In this document: positions 40,260 to 50,500 of the stretch, piece by piece
Position numbering within the stretch: position 1 is the stretch's first letter
Layout of the letters: each line of letters starts with the position of its first letter
Source: Candidatus Zixiibacteriota bacterium
Lineage (GTDB): Bacteria > Zixibacteria > MSB-5A5 > UBA10806 > 4484-95
Length of the DNA: 64,000 nt
Direction of reading: 5' to 3'
Assembly (NCBI GenBank): GCA_037441845.1
Contig: JBBIRK010000002.1
Span: 64,001 to 128,000 of the forward strand
Program-made: the position numbers and the translations under genes
Notes under the pieces: generated by a model
Seen by the model: only the letters and a program-made list of their open reading frames with translations
Databases searched by the model: none
What the model was told of the DNA's origin: nothing

Positions 40260-41330
40260 TCAGACCCGGCTTAATCCTTTTACTGTTTTCGCATCGAGCT
40301 TTTTGATAATCGTGGTCAGAAGACGCACCAGATTTTCGAAATCGTCGTGATGAATCATACTGGTATGGCTGTGAATGTATCTGGTGGCAACCCCCATATA
40401 AATGCAAGGCACCCCGCTGCGCGATATGTGTATCCTTCCGCCGTCGGTGCCGCCGCGCGCCAGAGCGGTGAGATGATACGGTATTTTGGCCGATTCGGCG
40501 GCGTCAATCACCAGGTCCCGCAGTCTCCGATTGGGAATCATACTGCCGTCGAAAACCGCGATCGAGGGTCCCGAACCCATTTTCGCCTTGCTGTATTTTT
40601 CGGCACCGGGACCGTCGGCGGCAAGCGATACATCAGCCACGAACGCCACATCGGGATTGACCGCATAAGCGGCGGTGCCGGCCCCGCGAAGACCGACTTC
40701 TTCCTGCACCGTGCCGACCGCGAAAACCGTATTGGGATGTTTGACCCCTTTCAGCGAATTCAACACGGCCACCGCCGCGGCGATCCCGATTCTATTGTCG
40801 AACGCCTTGTTCAGAAATACTTTGGGATCGTGCATTCGAGTGAAACTGCAATCGGGCACGATAGGGTCTCCGGGTCTTATGCCGATTTTATTGATATCGG
40901 TTTTTTTGGTGACGCCTATATCGATATACATATCTTCTATTTCGATAACTTTCTTCCTTTCTTCCTCCTTGAGAATGTGCGGCGGCTTGGAACCGATGAC
41001 TCCCAGAACGTCTCCCTTGCGCGTCTTTATTATGACTCTCTGGGCCAAAGCCACGTGTCCCCACCAACCTCCTAGCGGAAGAAACTTGATATACCCCTCA
41101 TCGGTGATTTCCTTGACCATGAATCCGATTTCGTCGAGATGTCCGGCGATCATGACCCGGGGAGAATCCGATGTTCCTTTCTTGCGTGCGATTACGCTTC
41201 CGAGCTTGTCCGAGGTTATTTCGTCGGCTCCCTTCAAATGGGCGATCATCACGCGGGCCGCTTCATCCTCGAAACCTGGCACCCCGTGCGCGTTGGTGAG
41301 ATCGGCCAGGAGTTTTTCGTACTTGTTCAA
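40260..41330 (-). CDS. M42 family aminopeptidase
   Basis: GHLDEIG, KAFDNR, QEEVGLRG, GGTDG, RYIHS. Confidence 0.93.
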   Translation of the reverse strand: MNKYEKLLADLTNAHGVPGFEDEAARVMIAHLKGADEITSDKLGSVIARKKGTSDSPRVMIAGHLDEIGFMVKEITDEGYIKFLPLGGWWGHVALAQRVIIKTRKGDVLGVIGSKPPHILKEEERKKVIEIEDMYIDIGVTKKTDINKIGIRPGDPIVPDCSFTRMHDPKVFLNKAFDNRIGIAAAVAVLNSLKGVKHPNTVFAVGTVQEEVGLRGAGTAAYAVNPDVAFVADVSLAADGPGAEKYSKAKMGSGPSIAVFDGSMIPNRRLRDLVIDAAESAKIPYHLTALARGGTDGGRIHISRSGVPCIYMGVATRYIHSHTSMIHHDDFENLVRLLTTIIKKLDAKTVKGLSRV

Positions 41331-41342
41331 TTTCCACCTCCA

Positions 41343-42068
41343 TCAGGAAAATAGTATCGTCTCGATCTCACCGAGCTTTACGATGCAGTAATCAGGCTTG
41401 ATATCCACATTGTAATTACGGCGAGGGTGATATTTCCAAACCGTTGCGAATCCGGCAGCCGCCGCACCGACTATATCGACATCGGGGCGATCGCCCACGA
41501 ACAGGATTCGGTCTGCCGTGAGATCCGCCGATTTTCTTGCCCGCTCGAAAATTTCCGGCGCCGGTTTGCGGATCCCGACCGCCGACGAGAAAATAGTAAA
41601 ATCGAAATAATCGCTCAACCCGAAACGTTCCAATTCCCGCTTATGGAAACTTTCGGGGAAAATGGTATTCGAAAGCAAACCGATTTCGATGCCGGCCACT
41701 TTCAGCGAATCCAGCACTTCATCGGCATCATCGATAAGCGTGATTTGCTCCGTTATCGGTTGATAATATCTTTCCACGAACCGCTCGATCATACCGTCCC
41801 GCGACGTTATATCCAGACTCTCAAGCGATCTTGACGTCAGTTCATGCAGCTCGAGCTCACGGAAATCCGGCCGCTCGTTATCCAGAAGGTGGCGCAAAGC
41901 CGCACCGAAAAGCGGGCCGATCTCCTCCGCCGGCGGAATATCCGGATAAGCTTCTTTCAAAACCGGATAAGCGTTGAGAAATCCTTTTTGGCCGAGCCGG
42001 ATCCAATCCTGATTTTCGTATTCGATGAGCGTCCCGCCCAAATCGAAAATGACCGCATCGAATTTCAT
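41343..42068 (-). CDS. HAD-family hydrolase
   Basis: FDLGGTL, LSN, RKP.P.IF, VGD...DI.GA. Confidence 0.9.
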   Translation of the reverse strand: MKFDAVIFDLGGTLIEYENQDWIRLGQKGFLNAYPVLKEAYPDIPPAEEIGPLFGAALRHLLDNERPDFRELELHELTSRSLESLDITSRDGMIERFVERYYQPITEQITLIDDADEVLDSLKVAGIEIGLLSNTIFPESFHKRELERFGLSDYFDFTIFSSAVGIRKPAPEIFERARKSADLTADRILFVGDRPDVDIVGAAAAGFATVWKYHPRRNYNVDIKPDYCIVKLGEIETILFS

Positions 42069-43105
42069 CGCCTTTTCCTTTCGAAATCGGCGATTCCCAG
42101 TATGCAGATTTTTTCGAGCAGCTGCGGAAATTCTATCCCCGCGGCGCGCGCCGCCATCGGCACCAACGAGGTCTCGGTCATTCCCGGAAGGGTGTTGACC
42201 TCGAAACAAAATATCCGTCCGTCATCTGTCAATCGGCAATCGACCCTGCCGAAACCGGAGCAGCCGATCGCCCGGAACGCTTTCAACCCGACTTTTTGAA
42301 TCTCCTGTTGCGTTTTTTCGGGCAGTTCCGGGGGGCAAACCTTTCGGGTTTTCCCCTTGACATATTTATGCTCATAATCGTAAAGCCCTTCGCCGGCGAT
42401 TATTTCCACCACCGGCAACGGCAAATCACCCAGGATACTTACAGTGAAGTCGCGTCCCGGAATGTAGCGCTCGAATAAAAGGCGCCGGTCATGGGCGAAC
42501 CCGGTTTTCAAAGCCGCCCCTATTTCCGATCTCGATGAGATTTTCGAAAGCCCCACCGATGATCCTTGACAATTAGGCTTGACTATCGCCGGGTAACCGA
42601 ACGTGGTGACGATCCGCTCATGAATTTCCTCGACAGTCGGGTTCGCTTCCTTTTCCGCCACGAAATCATCGGGAACGCCGATCCCCTCGGAACGAAACAC
42701 CTGCTTGGCCAGAAATTTATCCATGGCCAGCGCCGAGGCCAGCGTTCCGGAACCGGTGTATGGTATATCAAGCAGGTCCATGACGGCTTGAATGGTTCCG
42801 TCCTCGCCATAACCGCCGTGAAGAATATTGAACACCACATCGGCGGTGCGGACATCATCCCTGCCGATAATGGCGTAGGCCGCGGCGCTCGGGCGTCTCC
42901 GTAGATCTTCCAAATCGGGGGGCTGTTCCTTGATCGCAGCTATGCCCGCCAGCTGGTCATCGGTCATCGGCGAGCCATCACCGCCGGTATCGAACGCGAT
43001 CACCGAATGACCGGCGGAGCGCAACTCGGATACCACGGCCGCCCCGGAAGCCAGCGAAACATCTCTTTCGGCGGAATTACCGCCCATCAAAACTACTATT
43101 TTCAT
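42065..43105 (-). CDS. ddl: D-alanine--D-alanine ligase
   Basis: GG.SAERDVSL.SG, LHGGYGEDG, GSSVG, EVNTLPGMT. Confidence 0.96.
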   Translation of the reverse strand: MKIVVLMGGNSAERDVSLASGAAVVSELRSAGHSVIAFDTGGDGSPMTDDQLAGIAAIKEQPPDLEDLRRRPSAAAYAIIGRDDVRTADVVFNILHGGYGEDGTIQAVMDLLDIPYTGSGTLASALAMDKFLAKQVFRSEGIGVPDDFVAEKEANPTVEEIHERIVTTFGYPAIVKPNCQGSSVGLSKISSRSEIGAALKTGFAHDRRLLFERYIPGRDFTVSILGDLPLPVVEIIAGEGLYDYEHKYVKGKTRKVCPPELPEKTQQEIQKVGLKAFRAIGCSGFGRVDCRLTDDGRIFCFEVNTLPGMTETSLVPMAARAAGIEFPQLLEKICILGIADFERKRR

Positions 43106-43713
43106 TTTCGCAAAATCCTTTTGTTTCGATAGATAATCAGCAAAAATAGTATAACGGCAAGGCTGATTATTATGAGCATTATATTATAAGTTTTTATTAA
43201 TTCAACGAGTTTCAGCCAGTTCGATTTCGCCGCATACATCAAGCCCAAAAGCGATAGGTTCCATATAGCGAAACTCGCCAGCGTCAGCAGAATCATGCGC
43301 GCCGGTGAAACCCCGCCGATACCGGCCGCCAGCGCGATCAGCGACCGCACTCCCGCGATAAAACGGGAAAATAACAAAATCAGCGATCCCCAGCGGGCGA
43401 ACAACCGCTCGATTTTTTGCAGATTACGCACGTTAACGAAACTTTTCCCGCCGTGAATGAAATATCCCCTTCCTTTCGCCCGGCCCAAATAATAGAGAAT
43501 GATCGCCCCCACGAGTCCGCCTGCCACCGAAAATGCAAACAGCTGAATGTAGCCGACTTCCCCGCGACCCGCAAGAAAAGCCCCGGCGAGGATAATAAAA
43601 TCGCCCGGCAAAGGCGGAAAAAAATTCTCCAGCAGCGACCCCAGCAAAACAGCCGCATAAATATAATAGGCGCCGTGGGAGCTCAAATAAACGATAATTT
43701 GATCGTAGTTCAT
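43102..43713 (-). CDS. DedA family membrane protein
   Basis: ENFFPPLPGD, SRFIAGVRS. Confidence 0.9.
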   Translation of the reverse strand: MNYDQIIVYLSSHGAYYIYAAVLLGSLLENFFPPLPGDFIILAGAFLAGRGEVGYIQLFAFSVAGGLVGAIILYYLGRAKGRGYFIHGGKSFVNVRNLQKIERLFARWGSLILLFSRFIAGVRSLIALAAGIGGVSPARMILLTLASFAIWNLSLLGLMYAAKSNWLKLVELIKTYNIMLIIISLAVILFLLIIYRNKRILRK

Positions 43714-43825
43714 GCGCCTTTTCTCAAAGTAGAGAATACTGTTTCGTCTTTCATCGCTTTCATGCCATCGCGTTCGCTTCGACTGCACGGATTCGGTGGT
43801 AAAAGCCGCTGAACATTCCTTTTAT

Positions 43826-44866
43826 TCAAAGTATCAGCATGGCATCGCCGTAGCTGTAAAATCTATAATCTCCTGCGATCGCCTCGTTATAAGCTTTCAG
43901 TATCAGCTCCCTCCCCGCCAACGCCGAGACCAACAACAACAAAGTCGATTTGGGCAAATGGAAATTCGTCAGAAGGCAATTTATCGTTTTGAATTCGTAA
44001 GGCGGATAGATATAGATTCCCGTGGCTTTGTTTCTGGCCGGTTCTATTCTCTTTTTTTCATCGCTCCATGATGACTCCAGCGCCCGAACCGTGGTCGTGC
44101 CGACCGCAATCACTCTGCGGCCTTCGGCTTTTGCACGGTTAATCGAATCGGCGGTGCTTACTTCTATCGTATAATATTCGGTTTCCATTTTGTGTCGAGC
44201 GGCGTCTTGAACCGTAATCGGCCTGAATGTGCCCAGTCCGGGGTGAAGCGTTATATGCACGATTTCGATTCCTCTTCTCGCGATTTCATCCAACAATTCC
44301 TTCGTGAAATGAAATCCGGCGGTAGGGGCGGCTGCCGCACCGATCCGGCTCGCATAAACCGTCTGATAAGTTGACTTGTCGGCCTCTTCCGCCGGTCGGT
44401 TTATATAGGGCGGCAACGGCACCTCGCCGTGTTCCCAAATCAACGCCATCACGTCGCCTTCGCCTTTCAAAGTTATCCGGCGCCCGCCGTAATCCGTTCT
44501 TTCTCCGACAATCGCCGCAAGCTTGCCTCCGGCCAAAATCACCTCCGCGCCCGGTTTCAGCCGCTTTCCGGGCTTTACCAAAGCCTCCCATTCCTGATCG
44601 TTCGAACGCCGCAGCAGGAATATCTCGACCCGGCCGCCGCTTCCTTTCCTCGATCCGATAAGCCTGGCCGGAAATACCTTGGAATCGTTCAATACCAACA
44701 GATCGCCGCTTTTCAGGTATTCCACGATATCGCCGAACCGCCTATGCTCGATGCTTCCTTTCTGCTTATCGATAACCATAAGTTTCGATGAGCTGCGGGG
44801 AGTCGCCGGATAAAGAGCGATCCTTCCGGGAGGAAGACCATAATCATACAGGGCAAGATCGATCAT
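43826..44866 (-). CDS. queA: S-adenosylmethionine:tRNA ribosyltransferase-isomerase
   Basis: PLPPYI, YQTVYA, AAPTAG.HF, TNFHLPKSTL, FYSYGDAM. Confidence 0.97.
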   Translation of the reverse strand: MIDLALYDYGLPPGRIALYPATPRSSSKLMVIDKQKGSIEHRRFGDIVEYLKSGDLLVLNDSKVFPARLIGSRKGSGGRVEIFLLRRSNDQEWEALVKPGKRLKPGAEVILAGGKLAAIVGERTDYGGRRITLKGEGDVMALIWEHGEVPLPPYINRPAEEADKSTYQTVYASRIGAAAAPTAGFHFTKELLDEIARRGIEIVHITLHPGLGTFRPITVQDAARHKMETEYYTIEVSTADSINRAKAEGRRVIAVGTTTVRALESSWSDEKKRIEPARNKATGIYIYPPYEFKTINCLLTNFHLPKSTLLLLVSALAGRELILKAYNEAIAGDYRFYSYGDAMLIL

Positions 44867-45063
44867 CTGCGAAAGCGCCGGACGAAAAAAAAGCCGAGGA
44901 ATATGATTATGGTAAAAAGCAGAAGCGAGCCGACCGGGATAATGACCAACGTTCTGCCCCGGTTAACCGCGAAATCACCGGGTATGCAGCCGAAAATCCC
45001 TATCGCTCGGCCCACGTAGATAAGGATTCCCATGGCTATTAAAAAAACCCCGCCGAAAAGCAA
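44863..45063 (-). CDS. Small membrane protein (DUF2905-like)
   Basis: G.IPGDF motif, two TM helices, located between ruvB and queA. Confidence 0.7.
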   Translation of the reverse strand: MLFGGVFLIAMGILIYVGRAIGIFGCIPGDFAVNRGRTLVIIPVGSLLLFTIIIFLGFFFVRRFRR

Positions 45064-45086
45064 TGATTTGCTAAAATCGAATTTGA

Positions 45087-46118
45087 TTACAGCAACCTTT
45101 CCTGCGGGTTTCCGTTCGTGTCGTCTCGGTTCAGGCCGAGATGCCGGTAGGCCGCTTGTCCTACCATACGGCCGCGGCGGGTTCGTTGGAGAAATCCGAT
45201 CGTCAGAAGAAAAGGCTCGACCATCTCTTCGAGCGTATCGGTTTCTTCATTGAGCGTGGCCGCCAGCGCCTCGATACCGACCGGACCTCCCGAGTAAAAA
45301 TTGATAATCGTCAACAGAAATTTGCGGTCGAGCATATCGAGACCGAGCGCATCTATCCCCTCCATCTCGAGCGCCCCGTTCACCGCCGCCAGATCGATCT
45401 CCCCGCTTCCTTTCACTTGCGAAAAATCGCGTACGCGGCGGAGCAGCCGATTGGCGATTCTTGGCGTCCCTCGGCTCCTTTTCGCCAATTCCCGGCAGGC
45501 GTCATCGGCTATTTTTATTTCCAGCAGTCCAGCCGAGCGCCGAATCACGCGCGCCAGCTCGTCCTCGGGATAAAAATCTATATGATGAAATATCCCGAAA
45601 CGGCTGCGCAGCGGTGCACTCAACATCCCCGCCCTGGTGGTGGCGCCTATCAGCGTGAATCTCTTGAGTGGCATGTTTATTATTCGGGCGAACGCCCCTT
45701 TATCCACCACGAAGTCGATCTTGAAATCCTCCATCGCCGGATAGAGAAACTCCTCCACCGCCGGCGATAAGCGATGAATCTCGTCGATAAACAGCACGTC
45801 CCCATCGTTCAAATTGGTCAAAATCCCCATCAGATCGCCGGAGCGCTGCAACGACGGCCCCGACGAAGAAACGAGTTTCGTCCCCAGTTCATTGGCGATA
45901 ATGTGCGCCAGAGTCGTTTTGCCAAGCCCTGGCGGCCCATAAAACAAGACATGCTCATGGGCCTCACCCCGCCCCTTGGCCGCCGCCAGCGATACCGTCA
46001 ACTTCTCGACCACCTTGGCTTGACCGATATACTCGGTCAGCCTGGTCGGCCGAAGGCTTACCATGATTTTCTCTTCTTCGAGAGAATAAGCGGTTGGGGC
46101 GACTATTCTTTCACGCAT
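45087..46118 (-). CDS. ruvB: Holliday junction helicase RuvB
   Basis: GPPGLGKTT, DEIHRL, GATTR, RGTPRIANRLL. Confidence 0.98.
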   Translation of the reverse strand: MRERIVAPTAYSLEEEKIMVSLRPTRLTEYIGQAKVVEKLTVSLAAAKGRGEAHEHVLFYGPPGLGKTTLAHIIANELGTKLVSSSGPSLQRSGDLMGILTNLNDGDVLFIDEIHRLSPAVEEFLYPAMEDFKIDFVVDKGAFARIINMPLKRFTLIGATTRAGMLSAPLRSRFGIFHHIDFYPEDELARVIRRSAGLLEIKIADDACRELAKRSRGTPRIANRLLRRVRDFSQVKGSGEIDLAAVNGALEMEGIDALGLDMLDRKFLLTIINFYSGGPVGIEALAATLNEETDTLEEMVEPFLLTIGFLQRTRRGRMVGQAAYRHLGLNRDDTNGNPQERLL

Positions 46119-46768
46119 CAGTTACTTTTCCCGGTTTGCTGCCAGGAACCCTGCGACTGCCTGAATATCTGTTCGAGCAGCTCCTCTGACGATTTGAAAC
46201 TCTTGCCGGCCGCAAATGCGCGTTCTATCATCGCCTGGGCCTCGCTCTGACGGTATTGCAGATGAAGCAAAATCTGAAGCACTTCGGCGGCGAAATCTGG
46301 TTGTTTCGGCGCCGCCGAGAGCGGCTCGTCGTCGCGCATCAGCGCGAATTTGGCGACTTTTCCCTTGAGCTCGGCGATAATTTTCTCGGCCATCCGCGGC
46401 CCCACTCCAGGCAATTCCGACAATTTCTTGGAGTTTTCCGACTCTATGGCCCGGGCGATTACGTTTATGGGCAATACCAACGATCTTATGGCTTTTTTTA
46501 CACCCAACCCGCTGACTCCGGTGAGCAGCTGGAAAAATTCACGCTGAACCGGATCGGCGAATCCCACCAACCTCGGATATTGATTGCCTACGGCCGCTCC
46601 TTCGATATAATAGATAGTGTAAATTTCGATTTCCGCGTTATTGCCTTTTTGGCGAAGCAAATCGATCAGGCCCGATGGAACCATGATTTCATAGGAAATA
46701 CCGCCGGCCTCGAGCAACACCCATTCATTGCCGGTTTCTTTCAATGTACCTTTTATCCTGGAAATCAT
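46118..46768 (-). CDS. ruvA: Holliday junction protein RuvA
   Basis: MISRIKG, VSGLG.K.A, PGVG.R.AEKII.ELK. Confidence 0.93.
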   Translation of the reverse strand: MISRIKGTLKETGNEWVLLEAGGISYEIMVPSGLIDLLRQKGNNAEIEIYTIYYIEGAAVGNQYPRLVGFADPVQREFFQLLTGVSGLGVKKAIRSLVLPINVIARAIESENSKKLSELPGVGPRMAEKIIAELKGKVAKFALMRDDEPLSAAPKQPDFAAEVLQILLHLQYRQSEAQAMIERAFAAGKSFKSSEELLEQIFRQSQGSWQQTGKSN

Positions 46769-46772
46769 CTTC

Positions 46773-47327
46773 TTAGGCCCTGCGGCCGTTTTCGGCGGTA
46801 AGATGATTGAAATGACAAAGTGCCACGGCCAAAGCATCGGCGACATCCGGCGGTTCCGGCGTCTTTTCGAGATCAAGGCGGATGCGGGTCATCTTTTGCA
46901 TCTGGATTTTGGACGCCCGGCCGTTTCCGGTCAATGCCTTCTTCACCTGCGTCGCCCCATAACTTTTCACCGGAATATTCAGCGATGCCGCGCAGAGCAA
47001 AACCGCCCCTCGGGCATGGCCCATTATAATCGCGGTTCTCGGATGACGATAGTGCGAATAAAGGTCTTCTATCACCACTACCGCCGGTTTGTATTCGCGG
47101 AAAACCTCGCGCAATCCATCGTAGATTTCCGCCAAACGTGCCTCCAAGGGATTATTGCGATGAGAACGAATCACTCCGGCTTCCCGCACTATCGCCGAAT
47201 TATTCTTCACCTCGAGTACTCCATAGCCGGTCGTCCCCAGCCCGGGATCGATCCCTATAATGAGTTTGTCGATTCTTCGGGTCCGACCGCGGTTCGATTC
47301 GGATCGATTCATGAGTTGGTCAATCAT
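46773..47327 (-). CDS. ruvC: Crossover junction endodeoxyribonuclease RuvC
   Basis: GIDPG...TGYG, VKKALTG.G.ASK, DVADALA.A.CH. Confidence 0.95.
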   Translation of the reverse strand: MIDQLMNRSESNRGRTRRIDKLIIGIDPGLGTTGYGVLEVKNNSAIVREAGVIRSHRNNPLEARLAEIYDGLREVFREYKPAVVVIEDLYSHYRHPRTAIIMGHARGAVLLCAASLNIPVKSYGATQVKKALTGNGRASKIQMQKMTRIRLDLEKTPEPPDVADALAVALCHFNHLTAENGRRA

Positions 47328-48079
47328 TAATTCGAAAGCTGTTCCAGCAGTTTCTCGTCGATATCGAAATTGGCATATACTTTCTGAATATCATCGTGCT
47401 CTTCGAGCGATTCGTAGAGCTTGATCATCTGCTCGGCTTCCTTGCCCTCGATCTTGACATTGGTCTGAGGGATCATGGTGAGCTCGGCCGTGGCTATCGG
47501 CACGCCGTTGCGCTCCAGCGCACCCCTGACCTTCTCGAAATCGTTGAATTCCGTGTAGATTTCGTAAACCTGATTATCGTCGGCGGAGAAGTCGCTGGCG
47601 CCGCTCTCTATGGCAAGGTCCATCAGCTTCTCCTCCGATGCCTTGTCTTTGTCAACCGTGATATATCCCCTCTTATGGAACATCCAGCCTACGCAGCCGG
47701 CCTCTCCAAGATTGCCTCCATGGCGCGTGAATATGTGACGCACTTCGGCGACCGTGCGGTTTTTATTGTCCGTCTGCGCCAAAACCAACACCGCAACGCC
47801 TCCCGGACCATAACCTTCGTAATAAACCTCTTCATATGACGCCCCCGGCAGCTCCCCGGTACCTTTCAAAATCGCACGCTTGATATTGTCGGCGGGCATG
47901 TTGATCGCCTTGGCCGCATTGACTGCCGCCCGCAGCCGGGCATTGGCCTCAGGATCGCCGCCTCCCTGGCGTGCCGCCACAGTTATCTCTTTGATCACCT
48001 TGGTGAACATGGCGCCGCGCTGGGCGTCAAGCTTCCCTTTTTTCCGCTTGATCGTTGACCATTTACTATGACCAGACAT
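47327..48079 (-). CDS. yebC: YebC/PmpR family protein
   Basis: [29 protein letters not shown]. Confidence 0.96.
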   Translation of the reverse strand: MSGHSKWSTIKRKKGKLDAQRGAMFTKVIKEITVAARQGGGDPEANARLRAAVNAAKAINMPADNIKRAILKGTGELPGASYEEVYYEGYGPGGVAVLVLAQTDNKNRTVAEVRHIFTRHGGNLGEAGCVGWMFHKRGYITVDKDKASEEKLMDLAIESGASDFSADDNQVYEIYTEFNDFEKVRGALERNGVPIATAELTMIPQTNVKIEGKEAEQMIKLYESLEEHDDIQKVYANFDIDEKLLEQLSN

Positions 48080-48291
48080 AATTCCTCCGAAAATAATGCA
48101 ATTGCTATATTCTAATAAGATGCCGTCCGCTATGCAAGGAGATAAAGCTCCAATACAGGCATTATCCGGCCAAACCGACCCATCAATGTCCGCCCAGGGC
48201 GAATTAACCTCTGGACTGTCGCTCCTATCTGTCTTATAAGTTAATGAAAACGATAAATTAAGGCAATGACCTTGCGGACAAAGGATTGATT

Positions 48292-49272
48292 ATGACTTTG
48301 ATACTGAATCGCGATGATGTCATTAAAGCGCTCGATATGCGGGCGTGCATGGAGCGAGTGGAGATGGCTTTCGCCGAGCTGGCGGAGGGAACGGCCGTCC
48401 TTCCTCTCAGAATAAATATCACTCCCCCCGATGGACTGGCGCTTTATATGCCTGCATACCTGAAAAAAATGGGCGCCCTCGCCTGTAAAGTGGTCACTGT
48501 TTACAAGAATAACCCCGAAAAATACTCGCTTCCGACCACTATCGGCAAAGTCCTGCTTCAAGAACCAGCGACGGGCGAGGTGGTATGTATCATGGATGGC
48601 GGCTACCTTACAGCGGTTAGAACCGGAGCGGCAAGCGGTGTCGCCACCAAATATCTGGCTCGAAAAAAACACAACGGCATAGCCGGTATTTTCGGGGCGG
48701 GGGTTCAGGCGAAAATGCAATTATGGGCGGTTTCACTTGCCGCCGGTTTAGCCAAAGCGTTCGTTTACGACATCTCCAAAGAGGCTGCTTCCCGCTTCAA
48801 AACGGAGATGACGGACCGTTTGAACATTGAAATCGAAATCGCCCAGACAGCTGATACGTTACTTGAGAAAGCCGATATAATCTGCACCGCCACATCGTCT
48901 TCCACACCGCTTTTCGATGGAACGAAAATCCGGCCGGGAACCCATATAAACGGCATCGGCAGCCATACGCCCAAAGCCCGCGAACTCGACTCGGCCGCAA
49001 TAAAACGAGCGCTGATAATCGCCGATTCCTACGATGCCTGCCTTAACGAGGCCGGCGACATCATGCTGCCGATTCAAGAGAGTGCTATCGACAGACAACA
49101 TTTGAAAGCGGAGCTCGGCGAAATAATCACCGGCAAGAAACCAGGGCGGCAAAACGAAAACGAAATCACCATATTCAAGTCGAACGGCCTCGCCATTCAA
49201 GACGCCGCCGCCGCCAAATTGGTTTTCGAAAACGCCAAAAAAATGGGGCTGGGCCGCGAAATTTCGATTTAA
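48292..49272 (+). CDS. Ornithine cyclodeaminase/mu-crystallin family (archaeal-type alanine dehydrogenase-like)
   Basis: MPAYL, LTAVRTGAASG, GAGVQA, FKSNGLAIQD. Confidence 0.88.
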   Translation: MTLILNRDDVIKALDMRACMERVEMAFAELAEGTAVLPLRINITPPDGLALYMPAYLKKMGALACKVVTVYKNNPEKYSLPTTIGKVLLQEPATGEVVCIMDGGYLTAVRTGAASGVATKYLARKKHNGIAGIFGAGVQAKMQLWAVSLAAGLAKAFVYDISKEAASRFKTEMTDRLNIEIEIAQTADTLLEKADIICTATSSSTPLFDGTKIRPGTHINGIGSHTPKARELDSAAIKRALIIADSYDACLNEAGDIMLPIQESAIDRQHLKAELGEIITGKKPGRQNENEITIFKSNGLAIQDAAAAKLVFENAKKMGLGREISI

Positions 49273-49487
49273 TCGACGGACGATATGAAACGGTCTCAAG
49301 CTCGACTAACTTGCTGCGGAATATCTCAAGAAAAAGGCAGTGCAGGCGTTCGATATTCTCCAATGGAGAGCACCCCGGGTCGATGGCGCCGAATACGTCG
49401 CCCTGACTCTCCCACTCCAGCCGGCACGGTCAAGATAATATGACATCGGCGACGGACATGCCGTGTGCGCGGCGTCAAAAACCGCCC

Positions 49488-49844
49488 TTAACCTTTTATC
49501 ATCACCAGCAGCATCTTGATTTTTTCGATCGCCTGGAGCGCATGGGGGATATTAGCAGGCATGATCACGAATTGCCCGGCGTTATAGGTCGATTTTTGCC
49601 CGCCGATCGTTATCTCCGCGGCGCCGTCGAGAACCAGCACGAAAGCATCGAACGGGGCCGAATGCTCGCTTAACCCCTGCCCTTTATCGAATGAAAATAG
49701 GGTGATATTCCCCGTATCTTTCTTGATAAGAGTCTTGCTCACCACCGATCCGGGCGAATAATCGATGGCGGCGGCTATACCCGAATTTTTTCCTAAAGTA
49801 TCTTTATAGAGTTCATTGTTGTGCCCTTTCCATTCATTCGCCAT
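49488..49844 (-). CDS. Cupin domain protein
   Basis: VSKTL, TLFSFDKGQGLSEHSAPFDA, MPANIPHAL. Confidence 0.88.
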   Translation of the reverse strand: MANEWKGHNNELYKDTLGKNSGIAAAIDYSPGSVVSKTLIKKDTGNITLFSFDKGQGLSEHSAPFDAFVLVLDGAAEITIGGQKSTYNAGQFVIMPANIPHALQAIEKIKMLLVMIKG

Positions 49845-49857
49845 CGATTCCGCCTCC

Positions 49858-50487
49858 TTATTTTTTCGCCCTTTCGGCTTGTGCTTTCCGGCAACGATCG
49901 ACCGCCTCCGATAATTCGCGCGCATTCGCCGAGTTTTTTTCGATCAACATCTCACACAGATTCAGAAGCGCCGGAATCTCTTTCAGCAATAAACCGTAAT
50001 CCATCTCCACCGCCGCGGGAAGACGAATCAATCGGTGATAGGCAGCCAGCAAATACAAAAGGCTTTCCCGCCAGGCGGCGTCGATAGAGCCTCCGATCAA
50101 CCGATATGTCTGTTGCCGGACCCAACGGCAGCGCGAGGTCCTGTCCTGCCACCCTTGATAGAACTCCGGTTTCAGGCTGGGCAGCGATACCTCGCTCAAT
50201 ATGTCAAGCAGCTCCAACAGGCTGAGGCGCTGCCTTTCTTCCCAGCGGGAGTCGCGTTCGGTTTCCACGGCCGGGGCTCCCTCATGCAGATAATCCTGCA
50301 TCCAAAAATCGAATGCGTCGCGGCCGGGCTGCAGCCGCAGATAAGCCAGCAAGGCGACCGCATGCCAACCCCAGCAAAGGACGCCTTTTAACGATAGCGG
50401 ATTGCCGGTCGTGCTTTTCTCCAATTCGTGGGCGGCTCGGCGAAGGCTGTCCAGGGCGTTTTCGGCCGGACTTATTTTTTCGGACAT
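49858..50487 (-). CDS. Hypothetical protein in the HAO operon
   Basis: Tightly packed between the octaheme and cupin genes; GGGGAG RBS. Confidence 0.7.
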   Translation of the reverse strand: MSEKISPAENALDSLRRAAHELEKSTTGNPLSLKGVLCWGWHAVALLAYLRLQPGRDAFDFWMQDYLHEGAPAVETERDSRWEERQRLSLLELLDILSEVSLPSLKPEFYQGWQDRTSRCRWVRQQTYRLIGGSIDAAWRESLLYLLAAYHRLIRLPAAVEMDYGLLLKEIPALLNLCEMLIEKNSANARELSEAVDRCRKAQAERAKK

Positions 50488-50500
50488 CGGCAACTCCCCC

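Noticed and set aside
49360..49415. GGAGAG...CGCCGAA...ACTCTC resembling a glycine riboswitch
   Set aside because: Lacks the GAAGG.GCAA and CTCAGG cores and lies between convergent gene ends with no downstream gene to control.
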